Shown piece after piece: positions 50,135-59,860 of a stretch of 64,000 nt of DNA. The position numbers and the translations under genes were made by a program. A model generated the notes under the pieces. It made no database searches. It saw nothing but the letters and a program-made list of their open reading frames with translations, and was not told the DNA's origin. The DNA comes from an uncultured cyanobacterium. Its GTDB lineage: Bacteria > Cyanobacteriota > Cyanobacteriia > Cyanobacteriales > CAWCAG01. The stretch covers positions 448,001 to 512,000 of the forward strand of contig CAWDOD010000002.1 in assembly GCA_963803805.1 (NCBI GenBank), written 5' to 3'. How positions within the stretch are numbered: position 1 is the stretch's first letter; each line of letters opens with the position of its first letter.

Positions 50135-50806
50135 CTATAAACTATCAGCCACTAGCAACTGCCAAACTTGTTGAGCTTCTTGTAAAAAAGGGATAATTTC
50201 TTCTTCCTCACAACGTCTTTCTTGATGATAGTAAAGAAAGTAGTTATCTTTCACTTCACTACAAATATTCTGGGTAGAGGATTGATTTATATACAAATCT
50301 TGTACTTCTATATTGAAGCTATGGCGAATACTTTCAGCATCTTCTCCGGTTAAGCGATAATACTCGGCGAAATTGCGATTACCATCAACTTCGACACTTG
50401 CACTGCGGAATTTATCAATTAAGAGACGGAATACCTTACTATCTGGCTGTAAGGTGAAGTTCGGCAGATTAAGAGTAACGAAATCGAAACAAATTATAGT
50501 TTGGGTAATCGTCGTTTTATTACAGTAAAAAGAATAATCAAAAATATAAAAACGGGCATCTTCTAAATATCCACAGATAACATTCCTGATTTTAGGATAA
50601 ACTTGCCTACTCAAAAGCTGAAACTGGTTGATCTTCGGGAGAATGTTAGATTTGTTCTGACTATAAAAATGCCAACCCATTTTTTGAGCCAGGAGTTTTA
50701 AATTATGACTTCTCCTCAACTCTTTTAAGTAAACTAACTCAAGGGCTACTACAGTTAAACCAAGGATAATTAATAAAGCTATGCGCCGCGATTCCATAAC
50801 CTGCAC
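50135..50806 (-). CDS. Membrane-anchored hypothetical protein
   Basis: N-terminal TM followed by LAQKMGWHF; 223-aa ORF. Confidence 0.65.
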   Translation of the reverse strand: MQVMESRRIALLIILGLTVVALELVYLKELRRSHNLKLLAQKMGWHFYSQNKSNILPKINQFQLLSRQVYPKIRNVICGYLEDARFYIFDYSFYCNKTTITQTIICFDFVTLNLPNFTLQPDSKVFRLLIDKFRSASVEVDGNRNFAEYYRLTGEDAESIRHSFNIEVQDLYINQSSTQNICSEVKDNYFLYYHQERRCEEEEIIPFLQEAQQVWQLLVADSL

Positions 50807-50916
50807 CCTAAATATCCTGTTTGAAAATCACAGGTAAACTTAATTCTATAACCACCACAAGTCTGTAGTTCATTTTATGTAACTGTAGTAGTAAATTTCT
50901 CCAAAGGTCTATTGTT

Positions 50917-52161
50917 TTGCTCACAAAATTCCTTTCCCAGAAACAGCTAGTTATAATCATCAGCTTTTTGATTGCGGGTAGTATTCTCAGGCTACTATGG
51001 GCAGCGGATATGCAGTGGCAAAGTGATGAAATCTGTATGTTTGAACAGGCACAGCTAATTGCTAAGGGGAATTTAACCCCAACTTTGTGGTGTACCCAAA
51101 AAAGTTCTATTCCTGTTCCTCACCCCTATGTAGGGGTATGGATTTTTGGGGCGATCGCAGTTTTTGCTAAAGATCCGGTATCTATGGTGCGTTGGGTACA
51201 ATGGTTCAATGTAGCAACAATTTGGCTATTTTTTAGCTTCATTATCTCCCAAATGACTCCAAAAAATAGAAAACCTTGGTTATGGGGGTTAGCCATTGCT
51301 GCTGTTAATCCTTGGGCAATTACCCTCTCTCGGAAAATTTGGATACCAGATTTACTTGCTCCTTTTTGTTTCTTCGTTTTTTTGGGACACTGGTTTAGAA
51401 AGAAGTTTTGGGGCAGTTTTATTTGGGGAATGGCTAGTATTTTAAGCGCCCAAGTCCACATGAGTGGCTTTTTCTTAACCGCAGGACTTTTCTTGGGAAC
51501 AATTTGGCAAGATTATCAAGAAAGAGATTTCCGCAAATTACCTTGGTTTGCTTATCTATTAGGTATGGGGGCTGGTAGTATTTTCCTAATTCCTTGGCTT
51601 TTAGCAATTTTGCCCCAAATAGGAGAACATACTGAATCAATTGAACAATCCCTTAACCTCTTTCCTCGCTTTTATTTGCAATGGTTAGAAGCTGCTTTAG
51701 GGATTAACCTTAGCAACATACTCTGGGGGGCTTTTTGGCGTGATTTTCTCAAAGAACCTTTGGTTTTTGGTATTCCCACTTATTTAATGATTCCCGCCCA
51801 TTTATTTTTAGTTGGTATTGGTTTATTTCCTTTTTACAGATGGTTCAAATCGAGACAAAACCCTCATCCTAAACAGCCTAAACTCAATTTTTACTTTAAA
51901 GCTATGGCTTTTGGTGTTGGTGGTTTGTTTACCTTAGCTAGAGTTAATGTACATTCCCACTACATCGCTATCATTTTTCCCTTTAATTACATTTGGCTTG
52001 CTCAACTTTACCAAAATCGGGTGAAATTACTATTTGCGATCGCCATAGCACAACTATTAATTAGCTTAACTTTCCTCATTTTCATTCATCGTACCGGGGG
52101 AATTCCTTTTGGTGAGTCTGTTTACGGACTTACCTACAGAGTTCAGATGTTGAATAAGTAA
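50917..52161 (+). CDS. GT-C-like polytopic membrane glycosyltransferase (paralog 1)
   Basis: First TM followed by a W.xDE acidic loop; SRKIW; multiple TMs. Confidence 0.65.
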   Translation: MLTKFLSQKQLVIIISFLIAGSILRLLWAADMQWQSDEICMFEQAQLIAKGNLTPTLWCTQKSSIPVPHPYVGVWIFGAIAVFAKDPVSMVRWVQWFNVATIWLFFSFIISQMTPKNRKPWLWGLAIAAVNPWAITLSRKIWIPDLLAPFCFFVFLGHWFRKKFWGSFIWGMASILSAQVHMSGFFLTAGLFLGTIWQDYQERDFRKLPWFAYLLGMGAGSIFLIPWLLAILPQIGEHTESIEQSLNLFPRFYLQWLEAALGINLSNILWGAFWRDFLKEPLVFGIPTYLMIPAHLFLVGIGLFPFYRWFKSRQNPHPKQPKLNFYFKAMAFGVGGLFTLARVNVHSHYIAIIFPFNYIWLAQLYQNRVKLLFAIAIAQLLISLTFLIFIHRTGGIPFGESVYGLTYRVQMLNK

Positions 52162-52180
52162 TTGCGGCGTTGCTAATACT

Positions 52181-53446
52181 ATGAAAAAGCTTGATAATCG
52201 GCAATTACACCTCATAATCATTAGCTTTTTGGTTTTTGGTAGCATTCTTCGGCTGCTATGGGCTGCCGATATGGAGTGGAAGTACGATGAAAAAACCATC
52301 TTTGAATTAGCTCAACAAATTGCTGATGGTACTGTACCTTGGCCTGTATCAGGATTTCCTAGTTCGGTTATTGTCCGTATTCCTGGCATGAGTGTCTGGT
52401 GTTTTGCTGTCATTGCTAAGTTTGTTGACAGCCCTGTAGCCATGGTGCGTTGGGTGCAATGGCTCAATGTCATCACTCTCTGGCTATTCTTTGGCTTCAT
52501 AGTTTGGCAAATCCCCAAAATTGAAAGACTTACTTGGTTATGGGGATTAGCAATTGCTAGTGTCAATCCTTTTGCCATCCTCATGTCGAGAAGAATTTGG
52601 CAACCGGATATTCTTGCTCCTTTTTGTTTCTTGATTTTTCTTGGTCACTGGTTCCGCCGCCAATTCTGGGGTAGCTTTGTGTGGGGATTTGTGGGTATTT
52701 TAAGTGGACAGGTGCAGATGGGAGGTTTCTTTTTGGTTATGGGGCTTTTCCTCTGGACTGTTTGGGTTGAGTATAAACAAAGAACCTTTAAACAAACAGC
52801 TTGGCTGGGCTGGTTTTTAGGCACTGCCATTGGCTTTATTCCTTTAATCCCTTGGTTATGGGAAGTTTTACCCCAAATGGGAGGCTACAGACGTTCTTTA
52901 GTTGCTCTCCTTGTACCCAAATTTTACAGTCAATGGTTAACCTCAGCCCTAGGAGTTAATTTAAGTTATACCCTCAAGGAGTTTTTCTGGAGCGACTTTC
53001 TCAAAGAACCCTTAATTTTTGGCATTCCCACTTACCTAATGATTCCTGCTCATTTATGTTTAGTTGCTGTTGGTATCTATCCTATTTACAGATGGTTTAA
53101 ATCAAGGAAAAAACCTGCTTTTACACCAGAAGATTCTCACTTAAGTTTTCACCTCAAAGCTATGGGTTTAGCTGTGGGTATTGTTTTTACTTTATCAAGG
53201 GTAAATGTACACCCTTACTACATAACTATTATTTTTCCCTTTACTTATATTTGGTTAGCCAGACTATATAAAAATCACCTTAAAGTTTTAATTGCGATCG
53301 CCTTAGTACAATTATCAATTAGCTGTACTTTTTTAGTTTTTGTTCATCGCACAGGTGGTATGCCTTCCTGTGGCTCTGGTTATGGAGTTTCCTATCGCTT
53401 TCAAGTAGAAAAGGGAATACCTTGTGAAGAAATTCATCATCAATAA
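52181..53446 (+). CDS. GT-C-like polytopic membrane glycosyltransferase (paralog 2)
   Basis: Shares GSILRLLWAADM, MVRWVQW, DFLKEPL.FGIPTYLMIPAHL and HRTGG with the upstream gene. Confidence 0.65.
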   Translation: MKKLDNRQLHLIIISFLVFGSILRLLWAADMEWKYDEKTIFELAQQIADGTVPWPVSGFPSSVIVRIPGMSVWCFAVIAKFVDSPVAMVRWVQWLNVITLWLFFGFIVWQIPKIERLTWLWGLAIASVNPFAILMSRRIWQPDILAPFCFLIFLGHWFRRQFWGSFVWGFVGILSGQVQMGGFFLVMGLFLWTVWVEYKQRTFKQTAWLGWFLGTAIGFIPLIPWLWEVLPQMGGYRRSLVALLVPKFYSQWLTSALGVNLSYTLKEFFWSDFLKEPLIFGIPTYLMIPAHLCLVAVGIYPIYRWFKSRKKPAFTPEDSHLSFHLKAMGLAVGIVFTLSRVNVHPYYITIIFPFTYIWLARLYKNHLKVLIAIALVQLSISCTFLVFVHRTGGMPSCGSGYGVSYRFQVEKGIPCEEIHHQ

Positions 53447-53534
53447 TTGTACAACTTTGCCATTGTTGTACAGTAAATTATTTTTTCTTCTTGTATTGCA
53501 TCTTCTTATTTCAAGTAGAAGCAATTATCAATTA

Positions 53535-54635
53535 TTAAACATTTTCTATTTGTAATTTTTGCTCAATAGTTATTCCTCTATTTTGCAAAGTTTCCACAAA
53601 CAAATTTGTACTCAAAGCTTGTTCTACAGGCCAAATACCGGGTTTGTGTAATCTTCCTTTCAGTAATAATTCGGCAACACTTCCTGTTCCCATACCTGCT
53701 GCGATTGCAGTGTTTTCGTAGGTAAAAGTAGCACAACATTTTGCTTTTTGCCCGTCTTTTTCTCCCTCTATCTTTGAAGCCATAGCTACGCCGATACCGC
53801 TAAAGTGATCGCTTACTTTGGTCATAGCATAACTAACGCGGGAGAAAAATTCGATGCCTTGAGAACTTTCAATCCAAGCCGAGGGAAATATATGGGCTGT
53901 AATCCAAGTTAAATGATTATATAAATCAGGAATAGAACCAAATTTAGTAATAATATTTTTAGCAGCAAAAGATTCAGCGAAGGTATAAGCTTCTGGCATA
54001 TTAAACCAATAAACTCCCGTCTTGCCATATTTAGGAAACTCAATTATTTCGCGATCGCTGTATGGTAAAACTTTTTGCCACTTACCATCTAACCAAGCAT
54101 CAAAAGCTGCCCTCAGCCCTAAAAAGGTTGTCCGCATTACTGTCATTCCTGCTCCCCCAGAACCAGCTACCACATAACTTAAATGGATAGTTTCTATTGT
54201 GTCTAATTGTTCTACTCCTTGGCGTACCATACTATTAGAAATACCAGGGAAAATTCCGGTATTAAGTACAGCAGTGATGCCTGCATTAATAGCCTCATCT
54301 CGATATTGAATTACTTTTTGTAAAAACGAGCGATGATCGCTAACATCAACATAATCAACTTGTTGTTCAATGCAGATTTTTAAGACTCTACCATCGCGAT
54401 AATGAAAAGGCCCAGCACAATGAACTACTACATTAGCCGTGGCGATCGCAGCTTTTAATTGGTCTTGATCATCTAAATCTAATTGTAAAAAATGTAATCG
54501 TTTATTTTCCGAGATTTGCTCAATATTTGTTCTTCGTGTAACTGTAATTTCTGCATCTGTATATTGCAACAAATCCTTAGCTACACTACTACCAATTCTG
54601 CCTAAACCTCCTAGAATCAAAACGCGCTGTTTCAT
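53535..54635 (-). CDS. Saccharopine dehydrogenase-like oxidoreductase
   Basis: GGLGRIG, HCAGPF, YVDVSD, GIFPGISN. Confidence 0.9.
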   Translation of the reverse strand: MKQRVLILGGLGRIGSSVAKDLLQYTDAEITVTRRTNIEQISENKRLHFLQLDLDDQDQLKAAIATANVVVHCAGPFHYRDGRVLKICIEQQVDYVDVSDHRSFLQKVIQYRDEAINAGITAVLNTGIFPGISNSMVRQGVEQLDTIETIHLSYVVAGSGGAGMTVMRTTFLGLRAAFDAWLDGKWQKVLPYSDREIIEFPKYGKTGVYWFNMPEAYTFAESFAAKNIITKFGSIPDLYNHLTWITAHIFPSAWIESSQGIEFFSRVSYAMTKVSDHFSGIGVAMASKIEGEKDGQKAKCCATFTYENTAIAAGMGTGSVAELLLKGRLHKPGIWPVEQALSTNLFVETLQNRGITIEQKLQIENV

Positions 54636-54748
54636 CTTCTCAACTTTCTCATCCCTGAATTTGTGAGCAATCTTAGCTTATTAACGAATGCTGTGAACTT
54701 ACCTGTAGTTTATGATTGATAAATAATAACTGATTGAGACTAAAGCCA

Positions 54749-55312
54749 ATGTCAGTAATGACAGTAAAAGACCTCGAACAACTACAAACTACTCTTAACA
54801 AAGCGGGTTTGGATTATCAACTAGAGTTAGAAGGTGGCAAAATAACCGTCATGAGTCCGAAGGACATTGCCTCCAGTGAAATTGGTGCTATTTTAATTCG
54901 GCTATTAGGTAACTGGGTTTATCCTCGCCTTCTAGGGAGAATTTTCGACTCTGCCGGGGGTTTCATTATGCCTGATAGTAATGTTAAAGCACCGGATGTT
55001 TCCTTTGTCAGGGCAGCAAGATTACGGCAAAGTGTTCGCTATTTTGGGGATATGGTTCCTGATTTAGTTGTAGAAATCAAATCCCAAAGTGATAGAATTA
55101 GACCTCTGGTAGAGAAAATCGAGATGTTTTTATCTTTGGGTGCAGAGGTAGGAATTCTAATTGACCCAGATAATAAAACTGTAGTTATTTATAGAAATTC
55201 TGGGGAACCAACCCAATTAACAAACAATGATACCTTGACAATACCGGAACTTTTTCCTGGTTGGGAACTACCTGTTAGAGAACTTTGGCCTCCTATATTT
55301 GAAGAAGAGTAG
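54749..55312 (+). CDS. Uma2 family endonuclease
   Basis: DSAGGF, APDVSFV, PDLVVEIKS, LIDP; ATG 54749. Confidence 0.92.
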   Translation: MSVMTVKDLEQLQTTLNKAGLDYQLELEGGKITVMSPKDIASSEIGAILIRLLGNWVYPRLLGRIFDSAGGFIMPDSNVKAPDVSFVRAARLRQSVRYFGDMVPDLVVEIKSQSDRIRPLVEKIEMFLSLGAEVGILIDPDNKTVVIYRNSGEPTQLTNNDTLTIPELFPGWELPVRELWPPIFEEE

Positions 55313-55519
55313 AATAGTCAAAGTTTTACGGGCTAAACAGACAATCACAAAGCATAATAATGGGAAGGTGGAATCGTCTCAATCCCATAATTAATCAACT
55401 GACTTAACATTACATAGATAAACTAGGGTGCATCTTACCTTGAAAGGCATTGTATAGTTGAGATTTAGCTTCCCAATGGAAGTAATTCTCCAAATGCTAA
55501 CGTTGGCAACAAGGACATT

Positions 55520-57619
55520 ATGGAACTAAGCGAGAACCAATCTAGGTCGTTGAATTGGCGCGGAGAAAGTGCCTTAGCTGCCATTGTTTTCACAGATGTG
55601 GAGTCTTTTACTCCGATCATGGCAGCGGATGAAAAGCACGCTTTGGCCTTGATACAGAGAGATTTTCAATTAATGGCTCGCTTTTGCGAACAATGGGAAG
55701 GACAAGTACTCAAATACTTGGGAGATGGTATGTTGATGTACTTTGTTAGCGCCGAAAAAGCTGTAGATTGTGCCATTGAAATTCAAAAAGAGTTAGTAAC
55801 CACAGCAACTACTTTAGAAAAGAAAGATATTTTAACCCATCGCATCGGTATACATTTGGGAGATGTCTTCTTTAATGGTCAAGATGTCATGGGAAAAGGG
55901 GTTAATATGGCTTCTCGGTTAGAAGGACAATCTCAACCTGGAGGAATTTGTATTTCCCACACAGTTTATGAAGTGGTTAAAAATCGCCTCCAAGCCCCTA
56001 TTACCTATGCAGGGATGAGGAAATTAAAAGGTATCCGTGAACCTGCCCCTATTTATTTAATCCCCCCACCACGCCAAAAAATAGAAACAAAAACCAGGAT
56101 ATTTATAAGTTATCGTAGCCAAGAACCAGATTTAAGCCTTGCCCAGGAGTTTTACCATACTTTGATTAAAGCTGATTATGAAGCTTTTATGGCAGGGGAA
56201 AGTATTCGTTTAGGGGAAAGGTGGGCCCAAAGAATTGAAGATGAATTAAAATGCTGTGATTATTTACTACTACTTCTTTCTGAACAATCTGCTGCCAGCG
56301 AGATGGTGACAGAAGAGATTCGCCGGGCGAAGGAATTACATAACCTTAATTCCGATGGTAAGCCTTATATTTTACCCATTAGGGTTAAATTTCCCATGAG
56401 TTCACCTTTGAATTACAACCTCAAAGGTTATTTAGATAAGATTCAACAAAGAGAATGGAATTCAGAGGCTGATACTTCTCGGTTAGTGCAAGAAGTCCTG
56501 GATTTAATTCATTCTGGAAAACCACTAGAACAGCCAGAGGAAAATACTTCCCAAGCTTATGAAACTAATTGGGAAAATTCTGATCTTCCTCCTTTACCCA
56601 TAGCTGTCCCTGAATTACCCGATGGGCAAGTAGATGTCGCTTCGGTATTTTATGTTGAACGCCCTCCCATTGAAGATCGGGCCATAGAAACAGTTATTCA
56701 AGCTGGTTCTTTAATCCGGATTAAAGCCCCCAGGCAAATGGGCAAAACTTCCTTAATGGCGAGAATATTGCACCATGCCAAGCAACAAGGTTATTGTGCT
56801 GTCCCCTTAAGCTTTCAGCTAGCCGATGGTAAGATATTTCAAGATTTAGACCGTTTCTTGCGTTGGTTTTGCGCTAGCGTGGGTAGGAGGTTACGCTTAC
56901 CCAATCAGCTTAACGATTATTGGGATGAAATTTTTGGCAGCAAGGATAACTGCACAGCCTATTTTGAAGAATATCTCCTAGAAAATCTTGATGCCCCTCT
57001 GGTTTTAGGTTTGGATGAAGTAGATTGTATTTTCAGATATCCAGAAATCGCCACAGACTTTTTTGGCTTATTGCGGGCTTGGCATGAAGAAGCCAAAAAT
57101 CGCGATATTTGGAAAAAGTTACGCTTAGTGGTAGTACATTCCACAGAAGTTTATGTACCTATGGATGTCAACCAATCCCCTTTTAACGTTGGGCTACCAT
57201 TGGAATTACCAGAATTTACCCCAGAACAAGTTTGTGAACTATCTCGTTTACACGGTTTAGATTGGCAAAAGCCACAAATTATGGAACTGATGAACTTAGT
57301 GGGGGGACATCCTTATTTAATTCGTTTGGCACTCTACCATATTGCTAGGCAAGATATTACCTTAGAAGAGTTGATGCAAGTCGCCCCTACAGAAGGTGGG
57401 TTATACAACGATCACTTGCGTCGTCATTTATGGAACTTACAACAACACCCAGAATTAGCTGGGGGGATGCAAGAGGTGGTGGAAGCTGGTACAGAATCTC
57501 TGCGTTTAGGTTCTAAGTTAGCTTTCAAATTACATAGTATGGGCTTAGTTAGTTTCCAAGGCAATGAAGTTAAACCAAGGTGTAATTTATATCAGCAATA
57601 TTTTCAAGAAAGACTTTAG
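55520..57619 (+). CDS. Class III nucleotide cyclase - TIR - AAA_35 (STAND-like) fusion
   Basis: FTD, KYLGDG, DVMG, VNMASRLE; FISY...VTEEI; APRQMGKTS, LDEVD, SPFNVG, GGHPYL. Confidence 0.9.
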   Translation: MELSENQSRSLNWRGESALAAIVFTDVESFTPIMAADEKHALALIQRDFQLMARFCEQWEGQVLKYLGDGMLMYFVSAEKAVDCAIEIQKELVTTATTLEKKDILTHRIGIHLGDVFFNGQDVMGKGVNMASRLEGQSQPGGICISHTVYEVVKNRLQAPITYAGMRKLKGIREPAPIYLIPPPRQKIETKTRIFISYRSQEPDLSLAQEFYHTLIKADYEAFMAGESIRLGERWAQRIEDELKCCDYLLLLLSEQSAASEMVTEEIRRAKELHNLNSDGKPYILPIRVKFPMSSPLNYNLKGYLDKIQQREWNSEADTSRLVQEVLDLIHSGKPLEQPEENTSQAYETNWENSDLPPLPIAVPELPDGQVDVASVFYVERPPIEDRAIETVIQAGSLIRIKAPRQMGKTSLMARILHHAKQQGYCAVPLSFQLADGKIFQDLDRFLRWFCASVGRRLRLPNQLNDYWDEIFGSKDNCTAYFEEYLLENLDAPLVLGLDEVDCIFRYPEIATDFFGLLRAWHEEAKNRDIWKKLRLVVVHSTEVYVPMDVNQSPFNVGLPLELPEFTPEQVCELSRLHGLDWQKPQIMELMNLVGGHPYLIRLALYHIARQDITLEELMQVAPTEGGLYNDHLRRHLWNLQQHPELAGGMQEVVEAGTESLRLGSKLAFKLHSMGLVSFQGNEVKPRCNLYQQYFQERL

Positions 57620-57757
57620 CAAGGAAGATGGGAACTGTTTCATTATATCTGCGATTCTGAAGACACTGAATCAAGTCAAATGGAACTTGCTAGCATAGTT
57701 CTTAATGTCTCTTTTAATCAGATTTACGAAGATATTGATCTAACTCGTGATGGCTAA
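57620..57757 (+). pseudogene. C-terminal remnant of a Uma2 gene
   Basis: QGRWELFHY...MELASIVLNVSFNQIYEDIDL..* resembles Uma2 C-termini; no start codon. Confidence 0.55.
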
Positions 57758-57773
57758 AGATCCTCAATAAACC

Positions 57774-58889
57774 ATGTCCCCCAAAACACAAAGCCAACAA
57801 CTCAACCAAGACTTAATCCTCTACGACTTTTCCCAAACTCCCCACCGTTTTTCCATCTCTTCCCTCTCTTTAACCAAACAGGAGGAGGAAATCATCGAAT
57901 GCCGCCTCACCTTGCAAATCAGTACAGAAATTTACCAACGCATCGACAGGGGAGCATTGTTCAATCTTAAACCAGAAATACGCAATTCTGCTACTGCAAA
58001 GTTCCAACCTGCCCCTGATATTGAACTTGAAGTATGCCTCAAACCTGATTTGTTACCGCAACTAGCACAACAGGTTGCAAACGTTGAAGAAGCTGTTAAC
58101 TATCTTTTCCATTTGAGTAAAGAACAAAGCGACAATCCCTTACTCTGCACTGAAAGTTGGCTTGCACTTTCGGTTAAACAACAACAAGAATCAGGGGAAG
58201 TAGGCTATCGTACTCTCTGGTCTTATATTAGTCCCCAAGCCCTTGCCCAAGCTACTATTTCTGATTCTGGTGAAGGAATTTCTGAAGCTGTTGTTAACTT
58301 TTTTCTGGAATGGACAGAATCTCATCTATCAGCAGCAACCCAGCAAAGTGCAAACCAATTGCTAGATGGCATCACCGAGTTTTTTGATGAATTGGCTGAT
58401 ACTGCTGTAGATAAGCTGGCTAAAGTTGCTACAGCTAAAGGTAGAATTTTTGAAGAGATAGTAAATTTCTTTACCCAAGAAGATTGGCAATTTACCAAAG
58501 TGCAGGGGGAGTTAAGTCTACGTTTAGCTTGCCAAGGTAGCAATGGGCAATGGCATTGCTATGCTAGTGCTAGAGAAGAGCAACAACAATTTATTTTTTA
58601 CTCCCTTTGTCCTGTCATAGTACCTAAAAAGAAACGAAGACAACTAGGAGAATTTATCTGTCGTGCCAACTACGGGGCAATTATCGGTAACTTTGAATTA
58701 GATTTCAATGACGGAGAAATTCGCTACAAAACCAGCATTGATGTCGAAGGGGATTCCCTTAGTTTTTCTCTCATTAAGCAAATGGTTTACGCCAATGTGA
58801 CTATGATGGATGAATATTTACCAGGAATTATGGCAGTGATTGATTGCAAAGCCTCCCCGGAAGAAGCTATTGCTACAATTGAAACCTAG
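57774..58889 (+). CDS. YbjN-domain protein with an uncharacterised N-terminal domain
   Basis: C-terminal FIFYS..P..VP, EFICRANYG..IGNFELDFNDGEIRYKTSID. Confidence 0.85.
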   Translation: MSPKTQSQQLNQDLILYDFSQTPHRFSISSLSLTKQEEEIIECRLTLQISTEIYQRIDRGALFNLKPEIRNSATAKFQPAPDIELEVCLKPDLLPQLAQQVANVEEAVNYLFHLSKEQSDNPLLCTESWLALSVKQQQESGEVGYRTLWSYISPQALAQATISDSGEGISEAVVNFFLEWTESHLSAATQQSANQLLDGITEFFDELADTAVDKLAKVATAKGRIFEEIVNFFTQEDWQFTKVQGELSLRLACQGSNGQWHCYASAREEQQQFIFYSLCPVIVPKKKRRQLGEFICRANYGAIIGNFELDFNDGEIRYKTSIDVEGDSLSFSLIKQMVYANVTMMDEYLPGIMAVIDCKASPEEAIATIET

Positions 58890-58971
58890 TACCTTGACAT
58901 TCTCATCATGTTTAAAATTAGCGATCGCCTCTTGCATATCTAAAGCCATTGTTGCGGCAAAGTATTCGACT

Positions 58972-59646
58972 TTAATCTGTTAACCTCTTTCTTGCCCCAT
59001 CCAAAGCAGTAGTCGGATTAACTGCCACCCAACCACTAGGAGTTAATTGTCGCCACTCAAAATGGAGATGGGGAAGACTGCTTTTTCCTGTCGTTCCTAC
59101 TAAACCAATCACTTGCCCTTGTTCAACTTGCTCTCCTGATTGTACTAAGATTTTGTCAAGGTGAGCATATTGAGATTCTTGACTATCTTTCTCGTGACGC
59201 AATACCACAGTTAAACCAAATTGATCTGCGTAAGCGGCGATCGCAACTGTACCAGGATAAGCAGCAATAACAGGAGTACCAACGGGGGCTGATAAGTCTG
59301 CACCTGTATTAAATTCATTCGCTTTGGTAACAGGGTTAGTACCCCAACCGAAAGGTACAGTAGTTGGGGCGGCGATGGCTAAAGGAAATTGTAAGGGCAG
59401 GTTATTATTACCCAACTGTCCTTGAGAATCAACTTTGGGTTGGTAATTCTCCACACTACCTTGAAACCCCGGTAAAGGATTAGAATACCTGCGCCCTCGG
59501 TTAACTCGAATACCTTCAGTTTCTGGTCTAGGGGTTTGTGCCTGAGCTAAATTTGTTTGGTATAACTCAATTAAACTACTACCTGCGATCGCTAAGCTAA
59601 CAACTAAGGTAATGCTAGAGATTATCAAATAACGTTTGGGAAACAT
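58972..59646 (-). CDS. M23 family peptidase (first Zn ligand His replaced by Asn)
   Basis: NTGADL, GTPVIAA, YAHL, VGTTG.S..PHLHFE. Confidence 0.88.
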   Translation of the reverse strand: MFPKRYLIISSITLVVSLAIAGSSLIELYQTNLAQAQTPRPETEGIRVNRGRRYSNPLPGFQGSVENYQPKVDSQGQLGNNNLPLQFPLAIAAPTTVPFGWGTNPVTKANEFNTGADLSAPVGTPVIAAYPGTVAIAAYADQFGLTVVLRHEKDSQESQYAHLDKILVQSGEQVEQGQVIGLVGTTGKSSLPHLHFEWRQLTPSGWVAVNPTTALDGARKRLTD

Positions 59647-59860
59647 AAGTCAAAAGTCAAAAGTTAAAATCATTATGACTTATTCCCTACCCCCTTACTC
59701 CGTCCGCACTTTTAATAGCAGTTAGCAATTATCAATCTAGCTTTTGCGTGTTAATACTGAATCAATCTGCTATTCTGTAAATATAGTTAGTGCATATAAT
59801 GAGATGAGGTATCTATCTTCCGAATGAGAATATCAACATTCGTCAAGTTTAACTAAAATT

